Assembly: GCA_031402435.1 (NCBI GenBank)
Contig: JANNSJ010000038.1
Coordinates: 15,597-79,596, forward strand
Direction of reading: 5' to 3'
From: Bacteroidota bacterium
GTDB lineage: Bacteria > Bacteroidota > Ignavibacteria > UBA10030 > UBA6906
Length of the DNA: 64,000 nucleotides
Made by a program: the position numbers and the translations under genes. The notes below the pieces were generated by a model that was given only the letters and a program-made list of their open reading frames with translations, made no database searches and had not been told where the DNA came from. Shown one piece after another: positions 1 to 10,168 of the stretch (its first letter is position 1; each line of letters opens with the position of its first letter).

Positions 1-49
1 CATCACGAGTCAATAATTTTCCATTACCTAATCACGAGGGGAGACCTCT

Positions 50-607
50 ATGAAACACCACGCGAAATGGCTTCTGGGAACAGTTGCCTTCATTCTCGTT
101 TGTCTGGGAGTGGTTACAAAAGGATTGTCGCTCACTGTTGAAAACATCAGCCTTGAACGCATGGCTCGCGAGTCCCACACGATTATCTACGGCACGGTGC
201 TGTCATCGTACTCACAATGGGAAGACAAGGCAATCTTTACCTACACGACGATTCGGGTACAGGAGTCGTTGAAGGGAGACAACAGTCTCACAATAACCGT
301 AAAGCAAATGGGTGGCCAGGTCGGTGATATCGGCCAGGAAGTGAACGGCACACCGCAGCTCCACCGCAATGAGGAAGTTGTGTTGTTCCTGACCCAATGG
401 AAAGGCAGTTACTGGATTCATTCAATTGCACTTGGCAAATTCAGTGTCGTGAATGAAGACAATTCTCTTGTGGCATTCAACGATCTCAACAACATCGGAC
501 TCATTGACCCGGTGACCAGGCAGGAAATAACCCAGCCGAACAAGAAACAGAACCATATTCCGTTGCCAAACTTCCTGAATGAAGTGCGGTCCTTCATCAA
601 CAAATAA
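50..607 (+). CDS. Secreted hypothetical protein, TIMP/NTR-like OB-fold candidate
   Basis: 185 aa ORF with GAGGGG SD, a Sec signal peptide and the motif 'SHTIIYGTV...TTIRVQESLKG'; directly upstream of the matrixin gene. Confidence 0.8.
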   Translation: MKHHAKWLLGTVAFILVCLGVVTKGLSLTVENISLERMARESHTIIYGTVLSSYSQWEDKAIFTYTTIRVQESLKGDNSLTITVKQMGGQVGDIGQEVNGTPQLHRNEEVVLFLTQWKGSYWIHSIALGKFSVVNEDNSLVAFNDLNNIGLIDPVTRQEITQPNKKQNHIPLPNFLNEVRSFINK

Positions 608-638
608 ACCAACTGCCCATTCGAAAGGAATATGGACA

Positions 639-2855
639 ATGAAATCTGGCACCATGATCGTACAACAGGGTATTGCCATCGCACGTATTCTCGTGATGGT
701 ACTCTTTATCGGAGGCTTCTGCCTCATAACAAATACGGCGGGCGACCGGCGCGCATATTTCAATAGCGCGATTCCACTTACAATTCAACTCAACTCATCG
801 GTTCCATCAACGTACGTTCCACCGATCCAGGCCTCAATACAAAGCTGGAATAATCTGCCGAGTTCATATTGGATGTTTGCCCTCGGCGCCAACACTTCGG
901 CATCAAGCGTGGCACAAGACGGCGTTAACCTGCTGTTCTTCGATATCGCGGGTAATAATTTTCCTCCTCCGACAAGTGTCATCGCATTTTCGTCGACGTT
1001 CAGTTCAAGTGCGGGGGGATACCACGCGACAGAATCTGATTTGATCTGGAACGCGCGTGATTTTCCGCCAAGCCCTACCGGCGCCCCGGGACAGCAAGAC
1101 CTGGAGAGTGTGGTGACGCATGAGTTCGGACATCATCTCGGGCTTGATCATACCGGGTTGCCCGGCGGCGCGAACTCCGGCTGCGGCCCGCAGGTACAGC
1201 CCGCAACAATGTGGTGGTCATCGTCGAATGGTGATACGACCAAACGCTCACTCCACGCGGAGGACGTTATGGGAGTCAGCGTTCTCTATCCGACATGGAG
1301 ACTGCAGGGTGTGGTGACGAGTAACAGTGCGCCTGTTGCCACATTTCCAGTGTGGTTCAAAGGGTCCAAAGCCTCCACGGTAGGTCCGGTGGAAAACCCC
1401 ATCGGTTCAAGGTTCAATCGAAGCGGATATTTGCTTGACTCGCTCTATACCGACATCAACGGTCAGTATTCATCAGTCGCAATTGATCAGTCCTTTGATA
1501 TCATTGCCGACGGCTTCGGCTTTGAGAGAGACTCCACACATGTCCAATTCAGCCCTCCAGGTGGCATCGGACAGACAGAGATCATTACAAAGAACTTCCA
1601 ACTGCAACAAACGCCCGCGGCCAACCTGACCGGCGTCGTTCGTGATGCTGGTACACTCGCGCCAATTGTCACCCGTGTGGAGATTTATGGATTTGGAGAT
1701 CCGAATGGCATGACCGCCGCTCTCACGACCGGGGCCGATGGTTCGTTTTCCATTTCGCTTCCTTCAAAAGAATACTATCGCATCGTGGTGATTCCGCCAC
1801 CACCATATATTGATAAAGTCGAAATAGCCAGCACCTATCTTCCAACATCGGGCACTCCGGTGAATGTCAACATCCCGCGAGCACAGGTTCTGATCGTGGA
1901 TGATGACGGCGGGGCGACGTTCCAAACGACCTACCAGAGTTCGGTCGATCGCTTGAACTACACACGGCGAACGTTCAGCGTTGCAGATAGCGCAACAACG
2001 CCCGCGAACGTCCTTGCGGCATTCCCTCAGAAGCCCGTGTTGCTCTGGTTCACCGGCAACGACAGCACGAACGCACTCACACTCGCCGAACGGCTTGCAA
2101 TTGTGAACCATCTCTCCGGAGGTGGAAGAGTAATCATCACAGGACAGAACATCGCGCAGTTTTCGTCCGCCTCTGACACGCTCCTCGCACGTTATCTCGG
2201 CATTCGGTACAACGGCAACAGTACCGCCATCTCCGTGAGAGGCTTTACGGGCGACATCATCGGGAATGGGGTCAACTATCTTTTTGTCGGTGGACCCAAT
2301 CCCCAGACCTCCAAGGATATTCTCTCTCTTGTTGCGGGAAGCGTCGGTACACCGACACCAACTCTATATTATTTGACTGGAAGTGATACAACAAACTTCG
2401 CTGGAGTTCGTGTGGCAGGGCCCGGCGGATGGGCCGCAACATTCTTCGGCGTCGGTCTTGAAGGCATCGCACCCGCGAGACAGGATACATTCATCGTCAG
2501 GAGCCTTCGGTACTTCAACCAGATCTCGACAGGTGTCAGGCAGGGAACCGCTACCACGTTACCGGACAAGTTCGAGTTGGAACAGAACTATCCGAACCCG
2601 TTTAACCCGAGCACTGAGATCCGATACGCACTCCCGGCCCAGAGTGATGTCCGGTTGATGATTTTCGATGTCATTGGACGTGAGGTGACAAGCCTGGTCA
2701 ATGGTGTGGAGTCGGCAGGGTTCCACCAGATCACATGGAATGGTCTGAGTAATGAAGGAAAACCCGTCGCTAGTGGTGTCTATCTCTACAAACTCGAAGC
2801 TGCCTCCGGAACGAGGCTCTTTACCGACACAAAGAAACTCATCCTGCTACGCTAG
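639..2855 (+). CDS. Matrixin (M10-like) zinc metalloprotease with T9SS C-terminal domain
   Basis: [11 protein letters not shown] metzincin motif, Met-turn 'ATMW', carboxypeptidase-regulatory-like beta domains and C-terminal [11 protein letters not shown]...KKLILLR. Start moved from 579 to ATG 639 (654 also possible). Confidence 0.85.
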   Translation: [738 protein letters not shown]

Positions 2856-2885
2856 TAGTGTTGTTTCTGAAGTGTGAGAATAGTA

Positions 2886-2909
2886 ATGGGAGGAGAACGT
2901 TCCTCCCAT
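2886..2909 (+). terminator. Intergenic hairpin, possible terminator or stabiliser
   Basis: ATGGGAGGA/TCCTCCCAT inverted repeat; weak U-tract. Confidence 0.4.
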
Positions 2910-3016
2910 CGCTATTTATGCTCCCCTCTTCTTGCGACTCTCGTTGAAAATGGTTACATACACAACACCCTATCCCTGCATCAATCAACGAAGGTCCTAA
3001 ACACAGCGAGGCGTAC

Positions 3017-5932
3017 ATGAAATCATTCCTACGATCACTCATTCTGATCGTGTTGATGACTGATGTGGTAATCAGTCAGGTTGCACAGGGTCCGGCAAGC
3101 GGATCCATTCCAAGCGGCGTTACCATTAGCACGAACAGTTTCGAACCAGGCGATGGAAGCTATGGCGGTCCACTTGCCAAACGGACTCACAACAAGATTC
3201 CTGTGTATGCACTTCCGATGCCCGCGAACATGCCTCCGCCCACTGGACCGGAAGGCTCAAACTACAAGTCGTATCGCCCTCAGGATACCCCGGACGTATT
3301 TCCTCCCATTCCTCTTGCAGGCTTCGGTGGAATCCCACAGACGAATTCCATCCCCCCCGATCCGCATATGGCCGTTGGTCCGAACCACGTTATCACTGTC
3401 GTCAATACATCCTTCCGGATCTCGGATAAAGTAGGCAATACTCTGAAGACCATCAGTGCAGATGGCTGGTTCAACAGCGCATTGCCGGGCCCGGGAGCTT
3501 TCGACCCGAAGGTCCAGTATGATCATTTTGCCAACCGGTGGGTTATGGTGTGGCTGAACCAAAACGGAGCAACACAAACATCGTACTTCCTCGTTTCTGT
3601 TTCAGACGATTCCGACCCGATTGGTACCTGGTACAACTGGGCCATTCCTTCGAACGTCAACGGCAGTACACAAACCGGCACCTGGACAGACTACCAGGGA
3701 TTTGGATTCGACAACCAGGCACTCTATCTGACCGGCAATACGTTTGGTTTTGTCAGCGGATATTTTGGCGTGAAGGTCCGTATCATGGCCAAAGCGCAGT
3801 TCTATGCAAACAACGCCGGACCGATCACCTGGACGGACTTCTGGAATCTGACCGATCTGAATGGAAATGATGTGTTCGGGACCAGACCCGCCATTGTATA
3901 TACACTCCCGAACGTGTATTACCTCGTCGGCAAACCGAACTTCACGGGCGGTACGTACTTCGCTGTCTATCGTATCAGCAATCCAATTACATCACCGACT
4001 ATTTCCTGTGTACACGTACCGGTCACTGCGTGGCAGAATGCCCCAAACGGCGGCCAACTCGGTGGCGGATCCATCTCGATTGAAGGCGGAAGCTCGTACA
4101 TTCGCCACGAGCCGATTTATCGCGACAGTTCAATCTGGATTGCCCACGCAATCAACAACAGCGGCTATTCAAGTGTACGGTATGTACGGATTAATACGAT
4201 CACCAACCTTGCGACAGAGGACGTCGCCCTCGGTGCATTCGGGTATTGGCATTTCTATCCTGCGTTGTGTGTTGATAAGGATAAGAACCTTGCGATTACA
4301 TTCAGCAGGAGTGGAGACACAGAATACATCGGAGCGTATTTTGCTTGGAGATTGAATGCTGACCCTCCGGGACTTCAGGATGCGGTCACATTGCAACCCG
4401 GCAGGGCAAACTATGTAAAGGACTTCGGCGGCGGGCGTAACCGCTGGGGAGACTATATGGGCATCGGTCTTGATCCTTCCGATGGGAACAATTTCTGGAT
4501 GCACACGGAGTATGCAGAGAGTCCGGCCAATACATGGGCAGTATGGACAAGCAGTATGCGTCTTGTGCCATACACGGGTGCTCGCTATGCGTCAAGTGCG
4601 AACAACGTCAATTTTGGCAACGTTGAAGCAGGCGCCACCAGTGACACCGCCTTCATCAGTGTCTATAACATTGGATCGACGCCGTTGAACATCGCTTCCA
4701 TCACAAGATCGCAGTCGACATATTCATTGGTGAACCTCCCTACGTTCCCGGCAAACATTCCAACGTTCGATTCTCTGAGATTCAAAGTGGTGTTCAGGCC
4801 CACGACTCACGGCATCGTGAATGATTCCATCACGATTGCAAGTAACGATGGCACGAACCCCACAGCAAAGATTGCTGTGCGCGGCAAAGGCATCGTCATC
4901 GGTCGAACGCAGCCGGGCCCCATCTACGCAACTTCGGCAATATTGGGAGCAACGCCGAGTCAGCTCTTTACAGTAAATCCCGCAACAGGTGTTGCGACGC
5001 TGGTTGGACCTACCGGAGTATCTGAAATCGATGGCCTGGCAATTCATCCAACAACCAGAGAGCTGTACGGAATTTTCAGCAATTCCTCCGGCTCAACTCT
5101 CTATCGCGTGAGCCGGCAATACGGCGATGCGCTACTCACGCGTAATATCGGTGTCCCGAACCTGCGCGCCATTACGTTCAGTCTCACAGGCGATACGCTC
5201 TATGGTGGAACCACCAACGGGCGGCTGTATCGCATCAACCCTGCAACTGGCGACACCACATACATAGGGACGGCGACCAACAAGATCTATTCAGGTTTTG
5301 CCATCAGCCCTACCTCAAACAAACTCTGGGCGTCTGTTCGCCCGCCGCTTGTTGGCCGCGACAGCATATTCATTGTGAACAGAACTACAGGAACAGCAAC
5401 AGCCGCCGGTCGGACCGGTCTCAGTATCATCACGCCGTACATTGCCTTCAACAACCAGGGAAAGCTGTTTGCCCTCATTGGCAGCGGGGCTCAGACGAAC
5501 ACGCTTTACTCGCTGGATACGTTGACGGCTGCAGGGACGCTGATCGGATCCACCGGTGTTTCCGGACTTCTTGCCATTGCCATGAGAACCGATTCTTCAG
5601 GCACCGTCGATGTTGCAGAGGGAACTCCATCGGGCGTTCCGTCGACGTTTGAGTTACGTCAAAACTATCCAAATCCATTCAACCCGGTAACCCAGATCCA
5701 ATATGGATTACCGGCACAAAGTCGCGTGACCATCACCATCTACAATATCATGGGCCAGGAAGTGGCCCGCCTCTTCGATGGTGTTCAGTCTGCCGGATAC
5801 CATGAGGTGCTGTGGAATGGCACGGGCACAAAGGGTGAGGCAATTGCCAGCGGCATGTATCTTTACAAGCTCGAAGCAACTGGCGGCAACAATAGCTTCA
5901 CTGAAACAAGGAAGATGTTGCTACTCAAGTAG
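3017..5932 (+). CDS. Large T9SS-secreted protein (beta-propeller regions, ASH/choice-of-anchor-D Ig domain, CTD)
   Basis: Signal peptide, '[10 protein letters not shown]', 'RWGDY', 'VNFGNV...NIGSTPLNI', repeated 'vnpaTG.aT.vG' blades and C-terminal CTD. Confidence 0.85.
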   Translation: [971 protein letters not shown]

Positions 5933-5968
5933 GTTGGGTTTCTTTAAGGTCAGGATGACTTCTAAAAC

Positions 5969-5996
5969 AACAGGGCGAGCTTCGGCTCGCCCTGTT
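5969..5996. terminator. Bidirectional intrinsic terminator
   Basis: AACAGGGCGAGC-TTCG-GCTCGCCCTGTT perfect 12-bp stem with a C(UUCG)G loop between convergent genes. Confidence 0.85.
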
Positions 5997-6028
5997 TGCA
6001 TTTCGGAAAGAAAACGTGCGAATGGGCA

Positions 6029-6985
6029 TCAGAACACGCTCACCTTTACATAGCGTCCCGGATTCTGTTTGAAATCCATCAACAATGAATCAAGAGAGAT
6101 GATGCTGTGATCAAGATGTTGGTAGAACTCATCGTCACGGGCAAATCGTCCAATGCTGCTGTTCGGACTGTTCAAGTGTGCGAAGAGAGAATCAGCGCGG
6201 CGCATGGCGGCACTGAGTGTGTTGTAGAACGATTCGTCCATCATGAGCTTGCCGAGGGTTCCCTTTCCGGCTTTGAGCGAACCGGAAACGTCTGAGAGGT
6301 TTGAGATGAGAGAAGAAGCGTGTTCCGCCATTTGGCGATCATTGATGAGGCGTGACGCGAGACCGTCTCCATGTGTAAGCTTCTTTGTCATCGTTTCAAC
6401 GTTGGCCGCTGTTTTCAGAAGCTTGTCATTTAATTCGTTCGATATGATGAGCTTCCCGATTGTCCCCTCCCCGTTGTTGATCTTGTTGGAAATGTCCTGA
6501 ATAGTGGTCATGGTCTTGAGCGCGGAGGCGGTAAGCTCCTCAAGACCCGGTTCCGCAACAACCGCGAGATAGTCACCATCCTGCAACAGTTGTTCGGAGC
6601 GCCCCAACGTGATATCAACATACTTGTCGCCAAGAACTCCCAATGACCTGACAATCGCTTTGGAATCTTTTGTGATGAGATGAAAGTACTCCTGCACAAT
6701 ATCCATCGTGACGACCACGCCGGATGTGTCATTCCGCTCTGCAAAATCCATGCTCTGCACAACTCCGATCTTCTTTCCTGAGATCGCTACCATATTGCCT
6801 TCCGAAAGGCCCCTGATGTCAGAGAGAAACAGGAAAGCCGTATCGTGCCGCGAGAGCAAGCTTGTGTTCTTCCCGATGATAAGTCCGAGAGCCGCCGCGA
6901 GAAGAAGTCCACCGATGAACAATATTCCGGTTCGAAGGTTTCGCCAGCCTATCCCGCCTGTTGCCGATGTATCAACGTTTGCCAT
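6029..6985 (-). CDS. mlaD: MCE/MlaD family substrate-binding protein
   Basis: N-terminal TM helix, 'GL..G..V...G..IG.V', 'LGVLGDKYVDI', coiled 'G.GTLGKL' repeats and 'NPGRYV' end. Confidence 0.85.
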   Translation of the reverse strand: MANVDTSATGGIGWRNLRTGILFIGGLLLAAALGLIIGKNTSLLSRHDTAFLFLSDIRGLSEGNMVAISGKKIGVVQSMDFAERNDTSGVVVTMDIVQEYFHLITKDSKAIVRSLGVLGDKYVDITLGRSEQLLQDGDYLAVVAEPGLEELTASALKTMTTIQDISNKINNGEGTIGKLIISNELNDKLLKTAANVETMTKKLTHGDGLASRLINDRQMAEHASSLISNLSDVSGSLKAGKGTLGKLMMDESFYNTLSAAMRRADSLFAHLNSPNSSIGRFARDDEFYQHLDHSIISLDSLLMDFKQNPGRYVKVSVF

Positions 6986-7067
6986 AACAATAGTCTATAA
7001 GTCGTGAGTCTTTTGAGTCAAAAAAGCATGTGTGTGGAGTTTCGAGACATGAAATATGCAAGACGAA

Positions 7068-7799
7068 TCATAGTTCTTCTGGATCCGCGAGGAACGATTG
7101 TACGAACGGATGATCGTATTCTTTCATCTTTTCCGGGGTATCTTGAAAAATCAATTTCCCCTGGTACAACACCAGGACACTGTCTGCAACGCTAAACACG
7201 TCGCTGATAATATGTGTGACCATGACAGCGCCCAATTTTTTTTCCTGCTTCAATTGTTTGATAACGTCAAGGATCTTCTTCGAGCTGACGGGGTCGAGTC
7301 CGGCTGTCGGTTCATCAAACAGGATCATCTTCGGTTCAAAGATCAAAGCGCGCCCGATGGCAACGCGTTTCCGCATGCCGCCTGATAGACTATCGGGCAA
7401 CTGGTGCGCGTGTGCCTCGAGTCCGGCAAACTTCAGTTGCTCCTGTACCCTCCGTACAACCTCATCTGCCGGTAGATTCAAATTCTCTCGCAGAAAAAAT
7501 CCCATATTCTCGCCGACGGACATCGAATCAAAGAGGGCATTTCCCTGAAACACAATCCCCATCTTTCTACGGATGGGAAAAAGTTGTTCTTCGGAGAACC
7601 CGCTGATATCCACATCATCAACAAACACCTGCCCGGACGTCGGCTGGATCAGCCCGAGCATCAGTTTGATGATGGTGCTCTTACCCGATCCCGACGGGCC
7701 GAGAATCGCCGTTATGTTTCCGTCGGGAATTTGCATGGAGATTCCCTTGAGAATCTCGCGTCCCGAGAACGACAGGTGAACATCCTTGAATTCGATCAT
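7068..7799 (-). CDS. mlaF: MlaF-type ABC transporter ATP-binding protein
   Basis: Walker A GPSGSGKS, 'FQGNALFDSM', LSGGMRKR and DEPTAGLDP. Confidence 0.9.
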   Translation of the reverse strand: MIEFKDVHLSFSGREILKGISMQIPDGNITAILGPSGSGKSTIIKLMLGLIQPTSGQVFVDDVDISGFSEEQLFPIRRKMGIVFQGNALFDSMSVGENMGFFLRENLNLPADEVVRRVQEQLKFAGLEAHAHQLPDSLSGGMRKRVAIGRALIFEPKMILFDEPTAGLDPVSSKKILDVIKQLKQEKKLGAVMVTHIISDVFSVADSVLVLYQGKLIFQDTPEKMKEYDHPFVQSFLADPEEL

Positions 7800-7805
7800 G
7801 CACGA

Positions 7806-8615
7806 CTAAAAGTTCATATTCTCAAGCACCAGCTTGGAGATGTAGAAATTTGCCACCAGCACAAGGCCGGACGAGACCACAATGCCCTTGATGGTGGATC
7901 GACCAACGCCAGCAGTTCCACCTGCGGCCGAGAACCCGTTGAAGCAACTCACGAGCGTAATGATAACGGCAAACGCAAACGGCTTCACTGCGCCAACAAC
8001 AAAGTCCTTTACGAGGAGTTGATTCAGGGCCGAGTTCCAGTAGAAGCCGGGGTCAATGTGATGATAAATCTGGGCAACAACGCCACCGCCAACCAGTCCA
8101 ACGAAATTACTGAGCGCAGTCAGGGGGAAGAACATGATGAGTGCTGAAAACAACCGTGGCATAACGAGTCGGGCAATTGGATCCGTACCGAACGCGCGCA
8201 GGGCATCGATCTGTTCGGAGATTTGCATGGCGCCAAGTTCAGCACCGTTGCGGGCGCCGACGCGCGCTGAAAGCATCAGGCCTGTGACAATCGGGCCCAT
8301 CTCACGAATGACGGAGAGCGCCGTCGTTCGCCCTGTGAGAAGCTTCGCGCCGAATCCTTCAAGCTGGTTGCCGACTTCCACAGTCAGCAGACATCCGATC
8401 GCGAGAGAACTGACGAAGACAATCGGTACTGACTCCGTACCGCTGATATACATCTGGTCAAGAATTTCCTTCCAATAGCGGCGGGTGAATCGAAAGCTCT
8501 TGATCGTGCGGAGCGAGAACCGGAAGAACTCCTGCATCGTCTGCACGAATTCTTTCAGCCGCTTGTTGATGCTCTCGGCGTAGTCGCCTGTCCAATGCCA
8601 CAGCTTCAGAACGAT
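7806..8615 (-). CDS. mlaE: MlaE-type ABC permease
   Basis: 'REMGPIVTGLMLSARVG...AELGAMQISEQIDAL'. The frame stays open 23 codons upstream of GTG 8546, to an ATC at 8615 that follows AGGAGG. Confidence 0.9.
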   Translation of the reverse strand: MVLKLWHWTGDYAESINKRLKEFVQTMQEFFRFSLRTIKSFRFTRRYWKEILDQMYISGTESVPIVFVSSLAIGCLLTVEVGNQLEGFGAKLLTGRTTALSVIREMGPIVTGLMLSARVGARNGAELGAMQISEQIDALRAFGTDPIARLVMPRLFSALIMFFPLTALSNFVGLVGGGVVAQIYHHIDPGFYWNSALNQLLVKDFVVGAVKPFAFAVIITLVSCFNGFSAAGGTAGVGRSTIKGIVVSSGLVLVANFYISKLVLENMNF

Positions 8616-9027
8616 GGTAAAACCTCCTGAATGATTGTTATTAAGATAATGAAAATAGGTATTTCAGGGTAGTGCTGCCATACACCTCGAACAGAGACAA
8701 GATTCCCCCTTCACTGACACCCAGACACACCCATCAAAGAACGAAAGGATACTTCCATACAACGTGGTGAGGACCTACTGAAAGAGAAATAGACCAAAGG
8801 AACGAAAGAGGGACAAATTCTCAACCGTGCAAGCATACACCACTTGGATATTGTCTCAGTTTGGTCACTTGAGAGAACCCCGTAAACAGTGTCTGCGTTT
8901 GATCAAGGATATGGATCAATTCTCGCGGGGGCATTCACGCCCTTTTCAAAATCAGGGCACTGCCACCACTTGCCTTTGCAATCCTGATTCGATAGCTTAA
9001 CGAAGCGTCAGCACAATCCAAGTCGCA

Positions 9028-10131
9028 ATGGTGATCACAACCGCAATGCCTGAAATAGCCGAGGAAGATCTCCGGATCCTTCCGCTCGAACGGGCCGAGA
9101 CAATCCCCGCAAGTTGGTGTACCGATCCACGTTTTCATGAATTGGACAAAGAGGCGATCTTTGCCAAAACCTGGCAGGGCATTGGCCACATCTCGCGATT
9201 GCAAAACACCGGCGACCAGATTATCGCAACGGCGGCCGAGAATCCCATCATCGTAGTAAGGGGAGATGACAACCAGCTCCTTGCGTTTTACAATGTGTGC
9301 CGCCATCGCGGCGGGCCGCTTGCGATGGAGGATTGCAATGCGCGCGTGTTGCAATGCAAGTACCACGGCTGGACGTACCGTCTCGACGGAACACTCCGGG
9401 GCACACCCCGATTCGACCGGACTGAACTCTTCGACAGGAATGATTTTGGACTGGTTCCTGTGAACCTTGATACATGGGGAGGCCTTGTGTTTGTTCGATT
9501 GACGGGCGATGGCCTGCCTGTCAGTTCATTCTTCAATGGCATCAAAGAACGAATCGCACCGATTTCCATCGTCGGCAAGAAATTCTACCGTCGCCTCACG
9601 TATAACGTCGCGTGCAACTGGAAAGTGTACGTGGACAACTACCTTGAAGGCTACCACCTCCCGTATGTTCACCCGGAGCTTTGCAACCTTCTCGACTACA
9701 GTAACTACGTCACAGAGACATTCGATTGGCATTCGCTCCAGCACAGTCCAATACAGAAAAAGGATAACCTGTACGGCTCAAACGATGATCCGGCATTTTA
9801 CTATTTCGTCTGGCCGAACTTCATGCTGAATATTCTTCCGAGCCGGCTTCAGACAAACCTTGTGTTGCCAACAGCCCACAACCGTTGCGCCATCATCTTC
9901 GACTATTACTACGATGACATCAGTTCAGAAAAGGCTCTCGCCATCGCCGAGGAAGACATCAAGTATAGCGACAGCATCCAGCAGGAGGATGCGGAAATTT
10001 GTGAGCATGTTCAGAAGGGATTGGAATCACGAGCCTACAACAAGGGACGTTTTTCGCCTGAGTGTGAGAACGGCGTGCATCATTTCCAGTCGTTGCTGAA
10101 GAAAGCCTATCGGGAAGCTCTGGGAAAGTAG
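9028..10131 (+). CDS. Rieske ring-hydroxylating oxygenase alpha subunit (choline monooxygenase-like)
   Basis: CRHRG...CKYHGW Rieske motif, 'NWKVYVDNYLEGYHLPYVHP' mononuclear iron site and 'QQEDAEICE.VQKG'. Confidence 0.9.
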   Translation: MVITTAMPEIAEEDLRILPLERAETIPASWCTDPRFHELDKEAIFAKTWQGIGHISRLQNTGDQIIATAAENPIIVVRGDDNQLLAFYNVCRHRGGPLAMEDCNARVLQCKYHGWTYRLDGTLRGTPRFDRTELFDRNDFGLVPVNLDTWGGLVFVRLTGDGLPVSSFFNGIKERIAPISIVGKKFYRRLTYNVACNWKVYVDNYLEGYHLPYVHPELCNLLDYSNYVTETFDWHSLQHSPIQKKDNLYGSNDDPAFYYFVWPNFMLNILPSRLQTNLVLPTAHNRCAIIFDYYYDDISSEKALAIAEEDIKYSDSIQQEDAEICEHVQKGLESRAYNKGRFSPECENGVHHFQSLLKKAYREALGK

Positions 10132-10168
10132 AGCGGATCTTTATTCCACTATTGTTCTTTATAATTGC

